Positions 50,578 through 64,000 of a stretch of DNA of 64,000 nt are shown in pieces. The DNA lies in contig NC_043010.1 in NCBI RefSeq assembly GCF_006345805.1, positions 37,014,001 to 37,078,000 of the forward strand, written 5' to 3'. The DNA comes from Octopus sinensis. Taxonomy: Eukaryota. The notes under the pieces were generated by a model. It was not told the DNA's origin and searched no databases. It was given only the letters and a program-made list of their open reading frames with translations. The translations under genes and the position numbers were made by a program. Position 1 is the first letter of the stretch; every line of letters begins with the position of its first letter.

Positions 50578-50996
50578 AGCATGGGGATATCCAGTGAAAT
50601 CATGCAAGACTCTTGTGGAAGGAAGGAAGGTATCTGTAAACTAGAAACTTTGCCACAATGCTGGCAACAGAGTGAGCTGTTTTAAAGGCTCCCAATACAC
50701 CAAAAGGTCCCAGGGTATGTTTCCCACCCGAGTAGGTCATGACTAAATTTGAACTCGGACCTCAAAGAAAGCAGAACAAATACCTCAAGGCATCCAGTTC
50801 TATGTTTTATAGTTCTGCCAATCTACCACTTTTAAGATTGGTACCTTTTCTTTTTTTATCGACCTCAAAAGGATAAAAAGCAAAGTTGACCTCAGCAGGA
50901 TTTGAACTCAGAGGGTGAGAACAAATACTGTGAAACATTCTGTCCAACACTTAAGTGACTCAGCTAATTCACCACCCAGCTGAGTTAATTCTTGTC

Positions 50997-51568
50997 TAAC
51001 CCTTTCTGTACCAACTTATTTGAGACCACTCCTGGTCCCTGATTCTATTTTAACCTTTTTTGCATGGTCCTATGGTACAGACTTCCTGTTTTAAACTTAT
51101 CGAAGTTAAAACTGCCAATCAGAATTTCATGTTAATCTATGTTACAAACACCAGTATGATTATGATAGTTATTTTGCTGAATTTTTCATTGTGGTTGGAT
51201 TTGGTAGATGGAAACTAAAAGAAGCCTGTCGTGTGTTTGTGTGTGTGTGTGTGTTTGTATCTGAGTTTGTCCACAACCAGTGTTGGTGTGTTTATGTCCC
51301 AGTAACTTATCAGTTCAACAAAGAGACCAATAGAATAAGTACAGGGTTTAAAAATAATATAAGTATTGGAATCAATTCTTTCGACTAAAAAAAAAAATCT
51401 GTCAAGGCAGTGCTCCAGCATGGCCACAATCAAATGACTGAAACAAGTAAAACAAAAAATAATAAAAGATAATGATAAAGTTATTTTACTAATTTGTTCA
51501 TTATTTTCAAAATTAATTGAAACAAAGGCAGCATATTTCAACAAAAATATAGTATCTAAAGGGTTAAA
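50997..51568. mobile_element. piggyBac-like MITE (second family) with a truncated SINE A at about 51190-51470
   Basis: taaCCCTTTC...AAAGGGttaa ends; the SINE A 3' part lies inside. Confidence 0.75.
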
Positions 51569-51576
51569 ATCCTTAG

Positions 51577-51953
51577 AGTGTCTGTGTGTTAAGAAGCTTG
51601 CTTACCAACCACATGGTTCCAGGTTCAGTCTCACCGTGTGGCACCCTGGGCAAGTGTCTTCTACTATAGCCTCAGGCCAACAAAAGCCTTATGACTAGAT
51701 TTGGTAGATGGAAACTGAAAGAAACCTGTCATGTATATATGTGTGTGTGTTTGTGTTTGTCTCCCCAACATCGCTTGACAACCGATGCTGGTGTATTTAT
51801 GTCCCTGTAACTAAGCAGTTTGGCAAAAAGTGACCGATAGAATAAGTACTAGACTTACAGAGAATAAGTCCTGGGGTCGATTTCTTCAATTAAAGGTGGT
51901 GCTCCAGCCTAGCCGCAGTCAAATGACTGAAACAAGGGAAAGAATAAAAGAAT
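51577..51953 (+). mobile_element. SINE family A, full length
   Basis: Family A head, body and tail. Confidence 0.9.
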
Positions 51954-52710
51954 ATCTAAATTAAAACTTTTCCATTATGGTTTTTCATATGAGAGCCTTT
52001 TTATGTTCTAAACACTCATTTGATATAGAAACAAATATTAAAAAGTTAATCAATCAAATGGCAAACCCCTTTAATTACTTGATTATTTTCAAAATTAACT
52101 CAAACACACTGACAGTGTATTTCATAAGGAATACAATTAGGAAACGATTAGCACAAGTGAATAGCCTACATGACTGGGTTTTACCCTATACAGTTCTGTT
52201 TCATTGTGGCTCTGTGGTAAGAAGCTAGCTTCCCAACCACATGGTTCCAGGTTCAGTCCTTAGTAACCATCTTGTTTTACAATGATAGTGGCATTTCCGC
52301 TCTTTTCAGGGCTTCAAGGATTTCACAGCAGCCCTAGCAGGGTGGTGGCTAATGTGTGCTATGCCTTGCCTAGGTATATACAGGTTAGCTGCAAATACTC
52401 AATAAGATATATAGGTAGACTGATTTGATTGATTCCTGGACATCAGTGTCAATAGGCTCCCTTACTCATGCGAAGCTGACCAGAGGTGGTGGTGGTGGTG
52501 GGGTAAACAATTAAAAAGAAAAACAATAGCAACAATAACAGTCTGGATGTGGCATTCAGAAACAAGTAATGTTACAAAAGAAAAAATAAAACTTGGAAAA
52601 GAAAAGGGTGTGTGGTAGTGGTAGTGGCACAGGAGCACTGAATCTTGTACAAAATCCAGCTAATCATGGCATACAACACAGAAAAGTAGACCAATAATTA
52701 ATATTTATGT

Positions 52711-52747
<37 letters not shown>

Positions 52748-52867
52748 GAGATAGATAGATAGATTTGTGTAGGTGTGTATATGAATGTGTGTGTATTAAG
52801 ATTTGTGTGTGCATGTGTAATATTCTTGCTCCTTTCAGTACTGACTGGTGGTAACAGTTAATGAATT

Positions 52868-52912
<45 letters not shown>

Positions 52913-52952
52913 ATGAATTGCAAAATATGATAGTTCATATCTAATATGTGTG

Positions 52953-52993
<41 letters not shown>

Positions 52994-53431
52994 ATGCCTT
53001 CTTGTGCTCGTATGTTGATGATGATGATGACTATGTGAATATAATCAATATCGATTGGTAAAGAGATTCAGAAGAATTTTTAGGTGTGGAGTGTGTGTAG
53101 TAGGATGTTGTTTGCGCGTGGTGGTGGTGGTGGTGGCGGTGGTAGTGGTGGTGGCGGGGGGACGCAGATGGGAGGTGAGATAATTGAATTAATCATTGCT
53201 AATGGATGGTATAGGCTGCATTAAAAACAATTGAGGTTGTGGAGCGGGGGTGGGTGGGGATGGGGGTGAGATAATAATAATAATAATAATAAGCAAAGAT
53301 GAAAACAAAACAAATAATTTTTTTTTTACTTTTTTATTTATTTATTATTAATTAAATAAAAGAATTGTGGAAAAAATCTTGAATTAAAATGAAATAATAG
53401 TAAATGTATACCCATATACCTACCCATATAA

Positions 53432-53475
<44 letters not shown>

Positions 53476-53743
53476 ACATACAAATATGCACAAGCATTCA
53501 TATGTATACACACACAAACACATGTATGCACATAGATACATATTGATTTGGCACGTTGTAACCATCATGATTATAAATGCACAAACATGCATACAACCAT
53601 TCAGGAATACGCATACCCTAACCTTTGCCTTTATTGCAGTGTAGTTCATATAGTATTCCAACACATACACACACACTTGCTCCTTCCACTCATATCACCA
53701 TTACAAATGTATACGCACATACAAATGGTATTGCCCATCACCA

Positions 53744-53975
53744 AGGCGGCAAGCTGGCAGAAACGTTAGCACGCCGGGGGAAATACTTAGTGGTATTTCG
53801 TCTGGTGCTACATTGTGAGTTCAAATTCCGCCGAGGTCGACTTTGCCTTTCATCCTTTTGGGGTCGATAAATTAAGTACCAGTTACGCACTGGGGTCGAT
53901 ATAATCGACTTAATCCGTTTGTCTGTCCTTGTTTGTCCTCTCTGTGTTTAGCCCCTTGTGGGTAGTAAAGAAATA
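53744..53975 (+). mobile_element. SINE family B1, young copy with TSD
   Basis: Direct repeat GGTATTGCCCATC(A/G)CCA at 53727-53743 and 53976-53992; near-identical to 12873-13104. Confidence 0.92.
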
Positions 53976-54565
53976 GGTATTGCCCATCGCCATTGTGTGC
54001 TCATCCATACACACAAAATCATAGTTAAATCCTTCTCCTTACAAATGTATGCACACATGTGTATAACCCGCCTTATTTCATGTATGTGTGTATATATGTG
54101 TGTATGTCTATATTTTGATATGTATGCTCACACATACATATACCCATACAGATTTTACATCCATCAACAGTACAAATGAACTGGGAGTGGGGCACATTAT
54201 ATGTCTATCACTATTACAACAACAACAACAACAAAAATACAACTCACTCCCCCACCCCCGTTGTTGATTTTTAAAATTGCTACAAGTACAGAAAACAAAT
54301 AAACAAGGATAGATTTTTGATATTGCATCATGAAACGTAAATCTCGTTTTAATCCCATGGTTAACCATTTATATATGTAAGTATATTTATCCAATTTCCT
54401 TAACTACTAGCAAATAAACTGAGGCAGTCAATGAAGAAATAAGTTTGCTGTTTTATTTATCTTATTTATTTTTCTTCTCTATTTCTATTTTCCAACCTAT
54501 CAAAGCAGTTAAACAAAAAGAGAGTTGAGTTTAAATTTAATTTGGCAATTGTATTGTAACTATTA

Positions 54566-54942
54566 CTAGAAGTATCGCCCGGCGTTGCTCGGATTTGTTT
54601 CGACCCTTTAGAATTGGAATTTTTGAAAAGTAATAATTTGGCATTATGTAGCTTGTTATTCTCTTTAAGTGAACATTTTCCTGGTTGAAATACACCGAAA
54701 AATGGCGACACAGCAGTAAAAAAAATCGTAAAAAATAGGGATTTTCATAGAAAAAAAGCACATTTTTGGTGTTAACATGGTCCGATTTGAATTTTTTCTT
54801 CTACAGAAGGAAGAGCAAGCCTTCTGCTATCATACTCTCAATTTTGGTCAACTTGCACCGCAGGGTCTCGGAGGAGATAGTGTTAGTTGAAGGCTACCAA
54901 ACCTGCCATACACAGACAACTTCAGCTTTATATATAGAGAGA
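54566..54942 (-). mobile_element. Non-autonomous Helitron
   Basis: Minus strand starts TCTCTCTATATATAAAG and ends CCGAGCAACGCCGGGCGATACTTCTAG, between A and T. Confidence 0.9.
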
Positions 54943-55639
54943 TTAGGTTCAGTGGAGCAAAAGACAAAATGTGATACAGTATTGAGTTAACTCCCTTCGT
55001 GTTTTGGCGTTTTCTTCCTACCTGCATCAAATTTACCCTCTATGTAACCAGGTATCAATAAAGTAAGAAGCAGTCAATATATTCAAGTGTCCATTACACC
55101 CACCATCCTCAGGAAAACTCTGGGTGTTAGATAAAATCAACTGGATAATCTTTTCCAGAGGACTTTTGGGCTAGGACCCATGCATAATTTCCAGAAATTC
55201 CTGGCCTGACAGTACTACTGCAGAGATTTACCATTTTGGGATAAACTCTACAGGCATGGTAGTACCATCAGTCAGGCCCGTTTGAGAAGCGAGCAGAGTG
55301 CCCAAACCATCCTGCATGCATTGATCATTTATGGAAGTATGTTGAACAGTTTCTATCGCATGTAAGATGAATCCAGCTATTATCTCCATTGGGAAGTTCA
55401 CTCCACTGCCTTCCTTTTCAGTTTTCCTGAATTCAAATCCTATCATAATAACAACACCTCTCCTTTTCATCATTTGAGTTGTAGTATATTTATTGACTCT
55501 GAAAAGGGTTTTGTTTTCTTCTTTCTTTCTAAATTTTAGGTAGGTGAAAGAACTCTTTACTAGGTCTCCAAGAATGCAAAAGAGTGTCACATTACTCCTG
55601 CTGTTCTTCAACTGTTATAATTGCAATTTCATCAGTGAC

Positions 55640-56330
55640 ATATGCATTACATCCTTGATCATGTTCTGCAGATGAATGTTTGTCTCCCTGGGGGTGGTTT
55701 TACAATTCTTAGTGTCTTTCACATGTTTTAATCTCAGTAAGATGCAATAAACTGTTTCATATGAACAAGTTTGTTTTTAGCCATATGCACAGATATCAAA
55801 TTGATGAACAATGAGTGATGAATAACTGGGCCTACAAATCCCTTTATAATCCCTTTATAAATTCATGCAGTTATGTAATAATGTTGATTCCTATTTTGAA
55901 TATGATGTTTTCATTCAGTTTTATCAATAAAACTCTAGAAGATGAAAGTGGCATGTTTAAAATTAGGATCAGATATAATGGAAAATATATAAATCTAATT
56001 TGTTTTCTCTGATTTAACAAAATAAATAAGTAAATTCTTTGAATATATAAATCATAAACTGCCTCTTTTTCCTGTTTTTCTTCATTTTTCATTTTTATGT
56101 GACAATTGTCTTTGGAATTCAATAATTTCTGTATTGAAGATTCGGATTTTACAGAAGCAAAAAGAAAAAAAAAATTCAAGAATTACCCCCGTCACTTTTA
56201 CTGACAACATAGATAATGCTTCATTGCTTCTATCAGATATATGAAGAGATTTTTAAAAATTCCTGGAACAAAGCTCATCAAAAACTTAAACAACCACTTC
56301 ACAGATAAACAGTTTTGACAACAGGCATCA
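55640..56330 (+). mobile_element. Ancient RTE (BovB-like) reverse transcriptase remnant
   Basis: PILNMMFSFSFINKTLEDESGMFKIRIRYNGKYINL resembles the RTE RT segment PTLFSMMFSAML..AF.D...G..IRYR.DGKLFNL; boundaries uncertain. Confidence 0.4.
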
Positions 56331-56617
56331 TTTTTGCCACAAAAATTACTGCCATAGATAGTGACTGTTGTTCCAACTGCTAAAGCTACCATAGGAGAAA
56401 GTGATAAAAATGTAAATAACCAACCAACATTATTACCATCACTGTCTTGCCTCTCTCTTTCTCATGGATCTATATTTTTCTCTCTCTTATACTTTTACTC
56501 TTTCTCTTTGTCTCTGCTTTCCTGTTTTTTTGTCCAACTCTTTCTTTCTCTTTACCTCTCCAATACAGTTTTTGGCTGATTTTTTTTTTGTTTTTCACTT
56601 CCGTTCTCTTTTTATTT

Positions 56618-56685
<68 letters not shown>

Positions 56686-56894
56686 TTCTAGCGAGGTGAG
56701 AGAGGGAGATAGACACAGAACAAAATGGTCAGATTTTAGATGGAATTTTTTTTAAATTGACTCAATATATTTATATGTACATGGATGCCCCCCCCCCGCC
56801 CCATTTTCTTCTTTCTTTACGTTTGCAACACATCACTTTTAAGTTGACTCTGAATCACCTATAAATTAATTGTGTTATTAGCTTATCTTTTAAT

Positions 56895-57490
56895 GCAGTG
56901 AGCTGGCAGAATCATTAGCAAACCAGGCAAAATGCTTAACAGATTTTCATCCATCTTTATGTTCTGAGTTCAAATTTCACTGAGGTCTTTCATCCTTTCA
57001 AGATCAATAAAATAAAGTACCAGTTAAGCACTAGGGTCGAGATAATTGACTTACCCCCTCCCCCAAAATTGCTGGCCTTGCACCAGCATTTGAAACCAAT
57101 ATATGACTGGTGTGAAGGCATGTGCTCATTATCATCATCATTATTATTATTAAGGCAACGAGTTGGCAGAATCATTACCATGTTGGACAAAATGCTTAGC
57201 GGTATTTCATCTGTTTTTATGTTCTGAGCTCAAATGCTGTCGGGGTCAACTTGCCCTTTCATTTCAGGGTTGATAATATAAGTGTCAGTTGAGTACTGGG
57301 GTCGATGTAATCAGCTTATCAACTCACCAGAAATTGCCAGCCTTGCACCAAAATCTGAAACCATTATTATTAGGAGGATGAGGAGGAGATGGAGGTGGTT
57401 GGTGGATTGGCTGAATCATTAGAACATCAGACAAAATACTTTGCAGCATTAAGTTGCGGTTCTTTACATTCTGAGTTTAAATCCTATTAC
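56895..57490 (+). mobile_element. Three tandem SINE B2 copies
   Basis: B heads at about 56895, 57152 and 57400. Confidence 0.8.
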
Positions 57491-57504
57491 AGATAAATCC
57501 CCCA

Positions 57505-57860
57505 AAAGCTCTGGTGCTGGTGCCGCACAAAGAGCACTAGTGCTGGTGCCATGCAAAGAGCGCTGGTGCTGATGTCATGCCAAAAACACTGGTACCATTT
57601 AAAAAGCACTAGTGCTGGTGCCACACACACAGCATTGGTGTGGTGCCATACAAGAAACACTGGTGCTGTTGCCATGCAGAAAGCACCCAGTACCCTCTGA
57701 ACAGTGTTCGGCATTATGAAGGGCATCCAGCCATAGAAAGCCTGTCAAACAGACAATGAAGTCTAATGCGGCAGATGTGGGAGAGGCTTGCTAGCTCCTG
57801 TCAAACCATCCAACCCATATCAGTAAGACATTAAATGATAATGAAGATGATGATGATGAT
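57505..57860 (+). mobile_element. SINE-like family C with expanded 5' tandem array
   Basis: About 7 units of gcactggtgctggtgccatgcaaaa, then the C body and (GAT)n. Confidence 0.85.
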
Positions 57861-58355
57861 ATGAAGTATCAGTCAGGTGATGGTGTAAATATTGAAATCT
57901 ACTCCTTCCTTTATAATTCACAACTGCATGCCTGTGTTAGAAATTTATATTGGGGAATGTAGTGAAGTGACAATCCATTTGGCATTGATAAAATAAATAT
58001 CAAATATCTGACTTTAAGTAGTTAAGTTGTGCTACATAGATTATATAATCTGTGCTGGCAGTCTTAATGACTAGAGTAAGAATCTGGTGGTAGTGGAAAT
58101 TTAGGAAAGAAATTTTTTGTTTTGTTGACAGCAGCAACAAAGGATTTCTCTCACCTTAAATCAGACAGACAGACTATCTGCGGTATGTGTAAGAAGTAAT
58201 GTTATAAGGCACCGAAACATGAGCAATGATATGAGGAAAATGTACAGCAATTTGAAAGGAATGTGTTTGGGTTTAGTTTGTTTGTCTTTCGGATGTTCAA
58301 ATACTTACTTATTAGGAATAGGCAAAACTGTGCAGACACAAGTGAAGAAAGTTGC

Positions 58356-58420
<65 letters not shown>

Positions 58421-58760
58421 AAGAGCAAATGGATAGCTGCACTGATGTGGACTTGGTAATGAGTTGTAAAGAGGCAACGGAAAGAATTTGTAGATGAAGT
58501 TTTGAAGGTGTTGGTTTTTAGTCCCCAGTCGGCCCTAAACGAGCTGACATATAATCTAAGGTATTCCAGCCATAATCATTCCATCTTTTTTTTTATTAAG
58601 GTTAATTAGGTCTAGATTATCAAATATCTCCTTTCTTTATTTTACCCTTAGGAGACAATAGGGCTGATCTATCAGCCAAGGAGTCCAATGACAAAGAAGA
58701 TAGTATGATTTCGTTTAATTTCCTGCAGGAATATATATATAGTTGTATATATGTAAAGTA

Positions 58761-58921
58761 CTGTATTTTAACGTGTATAAGGAACCCCTTGATTTTGGGG
58801 ACTTAAAATTTGGAAATAAAGTTTTGTAAGGGATTATAATACTATCTGTGTATATGAAACTCCCATATTTTTTAACCTAATTTTTGACAAAAAAGGGTTC
58901 CTTATACATGTTAAAATATGG
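58761..58921. mobile_element. Tc1/mariner-superfamily (pogo/Tc2-like) MITE
   Basis: About 28-bp TIRs CTGTATTTTAACGTGTATAAGGAACCC / GGGTTCCTTATACATGTTAAAATATGG with TA on both sides. Confidence 0.88.
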
Positions 58922-59043
58922 TAATTCATTTTTTTATATATATATTTTTCTAGATAAGTGCATGCCCTCTGTAGGGCTTGTGTAAAGGGCCCGGTCTTCT
59001 TGTCACTGAAACTCCAATGAGTTATGGTTTGATAGGGTACAAT

Positions 59044-59275
59044 TTAACCCTTTAGCATTTAGATTACTCTATCAATAGTAATGTTCATGTATTAATATTG
59101 TTTTGAATTAATTATCTGTTATCTCGACCCTTTGAGATTTCTATGATGTGACTGGGGTTTTTTTTTCTTAAAAATGACATCGTTTGGTAGGTATAAGAGA
59201 CCCAATCTGGCCAGTTTTAACATAAAGCACATAGAATATATGAGCCAGATATGACTAGTTTAAATGCTGGAGGAT
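59044..59275 (-). mobile_element. piggyBac-like MITE (about 230-bp family)
   Basis: TTAACCCTTTAGCATTTAGATTACTCT..., the reverse complement of 31143-31376. Confidence 0.8.
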
Positions 59276-60117
59276 AAAGGGAGATTTTAGCTGCTATTTC
59301 TAACCAGTCAAGCAACCACTTAATGGTTCCTTCATTGAGAAGTTATTGTTAGATATGAGACTTTCTAACCTTAGAGAGTGAGAATATAAATTTGTTATTT
59401 AGCCCTGAGTCGGCCCTGGTTGAGCAGGCAAACCTAGGGATGCAAGATATTCCAGCCACATGCATCTCTGCTCTGCTTTTTTTTCTTGCCTTGATATCTG
59501 AAGGACTATATTGTTCAATGCTTTTTTTTTTTTTGTTGTTGACAGTTTATTGTGATTTGAGAGATATTTAGGTGTCATTTCTAGCAGATCAAGCAACGTT
59601 GTGGCTTTTGTTATTTTCTGAAAGCTCAGCCATTTGAATGACAGAGTTCACTTGACAAGCCTCTGCACAGCCTCTGTCTATCATCAGCCACTTTGACTCA
59701 AAAGCATAGGTTGATCCAACGCTATAATAGGAAACACATGTCAATGACACTCCACCGAGTTGCCTGACCCAGGACTTCATGATTACCAAACAGACTTCTT
59801 AACAATCTAGTCATGCCTGCATGCATATATAGACATATATAGAGACTCTGTAATGTGTAAATTAACCTAGATGCAACTCATTCTTTCTCTTTTTATATAT
59901 GAGATGAAAATATGCTTTACTGTATGCATAATACATTCCGTCTGTGAATATTAATTTATGCTTGTTTAGGTTTAGCATTTTTCTTGTTAAACAAAGACAT
60001 TAGATCGATGCAATGGACATTTTGGGTTCTATAAAACAAAGTGTTAGTTGCCATTCTTTTCATAAACATGTACATATGTGTAATATATATTTGTATATAT
60101 GTGTGTATATTTATGCA

Positions 60118-60152
<35 letters not shown>

Positions 60153-60920
60153 GCATGTGTGTATTTATATAGTCAATATATATATGGATGTGTGTAATAC
60201 AGGGTTATGTAAGTGTAAATAATGTGTGTGGTGTTCAAAGAGTAGAAAAAAGTTCAATAAATACATTTAAAAATCTGATTGCTAATTTCACTGTATTTTA
60301 ATTTCCTTTTCCATTTTAACATCTTCCAAGTAACATCACCGACACCACTATCACCACGTTGTCTCTCGTCTCTCTCTCTCTGTCTCTCTCTCTCTCTGCA
60401 CCTCTCTCTGTCTCTTTCTCTCTCTGCATCTCTCTCTCTCTCTTGTTCACTTGCATGCAGGTCCAAATGTGCATCATAATATAACACAGTCGATAAAACA
60501 ACTCATGTCAGAATGACTGGCCAAGATATGCAATAAAGACCAAAAGAAAGAGAGAAAAGGGGGAAAAAAAAAACTGACCGAGATAACTTGCGCGATATGC
60601 AATCAATATTCACCTCACACCCTACCCTTTGCTAGTGATTATTATTACCATTATTACTGTTGTTTTTATTTATTTATTTATTTATTGTATTTATTTCTTT
60701 GTCTGAGCTCAAAATCATTTTCAAACATCATTCCTGAATGCGATAGAGAGGGTTTTTTTTTTTTATAGCAGTTTCTCTTTCTCCCCCTTTTTTTTTTATT
60801 GAAAAAAAAAATCTTATTTCTTTTTATATATTCATTTATTTATTTGTTCTTTCGGTCGCCTTTGCTGCTCAACTCAGTTCACCACACACACACCCACCCA
60901 CACACACATACATACACATA

Positions 60921-61006
<86 letters not shown>

Positions 61007-61544
61007 CATACACGCATACATGCACCAAACCTTCCAGAGAGGTGCTTCTTTCTGTGATAGAAAATAAAAAAACGTAAAACACACACACACCCACACACAC
61101 ACAAGCACGCACAAAAGTAGTTCCAAGGATAATTTTATAATGATGTTTTTAGTGCCATGTTTGTTTCCAGGAAAATCTTCAAACAGTACCATTGGTGTGT
61201 GGATGTGTGGAAAGCTTAGTTAGAAATGAAGTAGATTATTATTATCATTATTGTTATTGTTTGTTGTTGGTGATGGTGATGGTGGTGGTGGTGGTGCTTC
61301 TGCTGCTGCTGCTGCTGTTCTTGATATTTCAGCAGTTATATTTTTATTGCATGCTTTCACTGCACAACCTAGCACTGCATTCTGTGTGCCTTGATATAAA
61401 TTGTTTTTCGCTTTTTTTTTTGGGGGGGGGGGGGTCTTTTGCTAATGTATTGAAAGTACTCTGTTTTATATATATATATACATACATACATACATTCATA
61501 CACACTCCTACATCTTCATAAACATAGATACCTATGTATATATG

Positions 61545-61660
61545 TGTGTATACATATTTTTTTGCATGTGTATGTTGTACACGCATACATAACTTCTGGA
61601 TTTTTTTTATGTATTTCATTGTAAGAATCTCTTTTTTAATCATTCCCAAAGCACCTATTA
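61545..61660 (-). mobile_element. Possible R4/Dong-like LINE 3' fragment beside (TAA)n
   Basis: Minus strand IIGALGMIKKE...IKKIQK resembles the RLE C-terminal GALG motif; abuts the (TAT)n tract at 61657-61750. Confidence 0.45.
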
Positions 61661-61702
61661 TTATTATTGTTGTTGTTGTTGTTATTATTATTATTATTAT
61701 TA

Positions 61703-61750
<48 letters not shown>

Positions 61751-62159
61751 CAATTCAGTTGAAAACCTAAAAAAAAAAAAAAATCAAGAAAATGCAAGCA
61801 AACATTTTGGCTATCTCTGTTTCCAGATCTAAATATCTGGAAATTAGTTTTACCAATTCTGTTAGAGATATAGCATCATTTGTCATAACTGATACATCAA
61901 TTGCAAAGTATTTTTCTTTTTTTTTTTTCTATCATCTGTTCCAGTTTCAAATCAGGACACCATTCACTTAAGTCTCCATTTTTCCCAAAAATGTTTTGAT
62001 AAAATAAATAACCATCAACAATATACTAGAGTGGAACTTATTTTATATTTCTCTTACTATTGAAATTGGTCTTGATTGGATGAGCAGAATTTCTATATCA
62101 TTGGAAAGAGAACAACAAAAAGAATGTCTTTGGGATATTTAATTGCATTCCTTTTAAAT

Positions 62160-62491
62160 CAATGGTTCTTGACCACTTTTTGCCTATGGACCCCTTTGAT
62201 TCCTCTTTTAGTTTAGTGGACGCCTATAACCTTTCAAAATTCCAATTTTTCCACATGTTCACTTGTGTATGTTTGCCATAGCACTCTCTGAGAGAACATG
62301 TTTCAGCGTCCGTAAACATGTTGAATTATGTAAAATGTTACAGAAAGAAACCTAGTTGTTTCTTGCAGTACATAAATACGTCTGGTGCAAAATCTTTTCA
62401 TGGACCCTTACAATACTGATACGAATCCCCAATTTACTAATTTGCTTATGTGGACCCCCAGCGATCATGTGGACCCCGGTTGGAATCAATG
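62160..62491. mobile_element. hAT (Charlie-like) MITE
   Basis: Degenerate TIRs CAATGGTTCTTGACC / GGTTGGAATCAATG and TSD TTTTAAAT / CTTTGAAT; left end resembles 9582-9660. Confidence 0.75.
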
Positions 62492-62510
62492 CTTTGAATT
62501 TTAATCGTTC

Positions 62511-62740
62511 ATGGCCTAGTGGTTAGGGTGTCGCACTCATGATTCTGAGATCATGCTTTCAATACCCAGACTGGCTGTTGGTTGTGTTCTTGTGCAGAGA
62601 ACTTCATTTCACATTCCCCCAGTACTCTCAGCTATAAATGGGTAACCTTGTGACAGTTAGGCATACAAGGGTGAGAGGGTGACTCAAGAAAATCACTCAA
62701 ACAGAGGTCTTGCGTGACACAGTGATCAAAAGGCTGAATA
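62511..62740 (+). mobile_element. Decayed tRNA-derived CORE-like SINE
   Basis: TGGCCTAGTGGTTAGGGTG head; ctcagctataaatgggta CORE-like block. Confidence 0.6.
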
Positions 62741-63142
62741 GTAAAGCCTGTATTGTGAATCCTTACTGGTTGTTCAATCATATCGAAGTATGGTTGATTG
62801 ATTGATTAGATTCTGATTTCAAATTGGACTGAGAATAGCTTTGCTTTCATCCACTCTGGATCGATAACATAAAATAACAAATACTGAAGTCTATATAATT
62901 CTATGTTCTTTTTTACCAAAATGTTACATAGTATTTATTAAAAATCACTCTTAGAAAATTAAATATGTCCTGTATCCCTTTCGAAAAACTGTTAATTGAT
63001 TCCAAAAATTTCATGGACATTCCCCCCCACTTTTTTTTTCTAAGCCCAACTTAGCACTGACATTGTTTCTAAGCCTTTTTTCATTTGATGCCTTCACTCT
63101 GATTTTCTATTAAAAAATATGTGCTATCAAAATTAGCTTACA

Positions 63143-63480
63143 GGTGCTTGGCTCAGTGGTCAGAGAGTCGAGCTCACAATTATGAGTTCGATTCCCAGAT
63201 CAGGCTGTGTGTTGTTTTCTTGAGCAAGACACTTTATTTCATGTTGCTCCAGTTCACTCAGCTGTGGAAAAAAGTTGTGACGTCACTGGTGCCAAGCTGT
63301 ATCAGCCTTTGCCTTTCCTTTGGATAACATTGATGTCATGAAGATGGGAGGCTAGTATGCATGAACAACTGCTAGTCTTCCATATACAAATTTGCCTGGA
63401 TTTGTGCCTCAAAAGGGAACTTTCTAGTTGCAATCCCATGGTCATTCATGACCAAAAGATGGTCTTTATTCTTTACTTTA
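63143..63480 (+). mobile_element. SINE family D
   Basis: Aligns along its length to 33931-34259. Confidence 0.88.
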
Positions 63481-63494
63481 CCCATATCATTTTG

Positions 63495-63798
63495 GAATGC
63501 AGCCATGCTGGAGCAACCCCTTCAAGGATTTAATCAGACAAATCACCCCCAGTTATTATGAAGTCTGGTACTTATCCACTGAACCACTAAGTTATGGAGA
63601 GCAACAATTGTAACACAAACACTGCCACACACACACACAAAACGGGCTTCCACACAGTTTCCATCTGCCAAATTCATTCACAGTGTGTTGGTTGGCCCAG
63701 GGCTATTGCAGAAGACATTTGCCACACAGTAGGTCTGAACTCAAAACCACATGGTTGCAAAGCAAGCTCCTTAACCACATAGCTGTGCCTGTTTCCTG

Positions 63799-63830
<32 letters not shown>

Positions 63831-64000
63831 GTCTTTTATTTTTTTACTTGTTTCAGTTGTTTGACTGCAGCCATGCTGGAGCACTGCCTTTAGTCAAACA
63901 GATCAACCCCAGGTCTCATTCTTTGTAAGCCTAGTATTTATTCAGTCGGTTTCTTTTGTTGAACCGTTAAGTTCAGGGACATAAACACACCAACAACAGT
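63495..64000 (-). mobile_element. Two SINE family A copies (second cut by window end)
   Basis: Reverse complement of A at about 63495-63790 and 63830-64000. Confidence 0.82.

Noticed and set aside
55228-55611. 127-aa minus-strand ORF
   Set aside because: No recognisable motif or splice support; lies among decayed LINE sequence.
57505-57690. CRISPR-like repeat array
   Set aside because: Units are directly adjacent and degenerate with no unique spacers; eukaryotic retroposon context.

Overview
AT-rich, microsatellite-dense eukaryotic DNA with no intact protein-coding gene. The repeat families look like those of an octopod (Octopus-like) genome; that is inference from pattern recall, not a search. 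Most of the window is mobile-element debris. There are at least seven SINE-like families (my labels A, A2, B1/B2, C, D, E, F) that swap heads and tails. There are piggyBac-, hAT-, Mutator- and Tc1/mariner-type MITEs, two complete non-autonomous Helitrons plus a fragment, a decayed near-full-length maT-like (DD37D) transposon and a rearranged rosa-like (DD41D) derivative. A decayed Penelope-like element and RTE and R4/Dong-like LINE fragments are also present. SINE-free islands carry + strand splice signals around tiny candidate exons (6367-6407, 21792-21817, 22687-22740, 44394-44443), so the window may lie in the very long introns of one gene I cannot name. The best leads are an AG|GTATGT recursive-splice-like site with a 26-nt cryptic exon, a twin-primed (5'-inverted) RTE insertion with a TSD, three decayed hammerhead-ribozyme-like motifs, head-to-tail SINE arrays, and several fold-back structures that could be ADAR substrates. 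Nearly all ORFs in the supplied track are microsatellite or SINE artefacts. Coordinates of decayed repeats are approximate.
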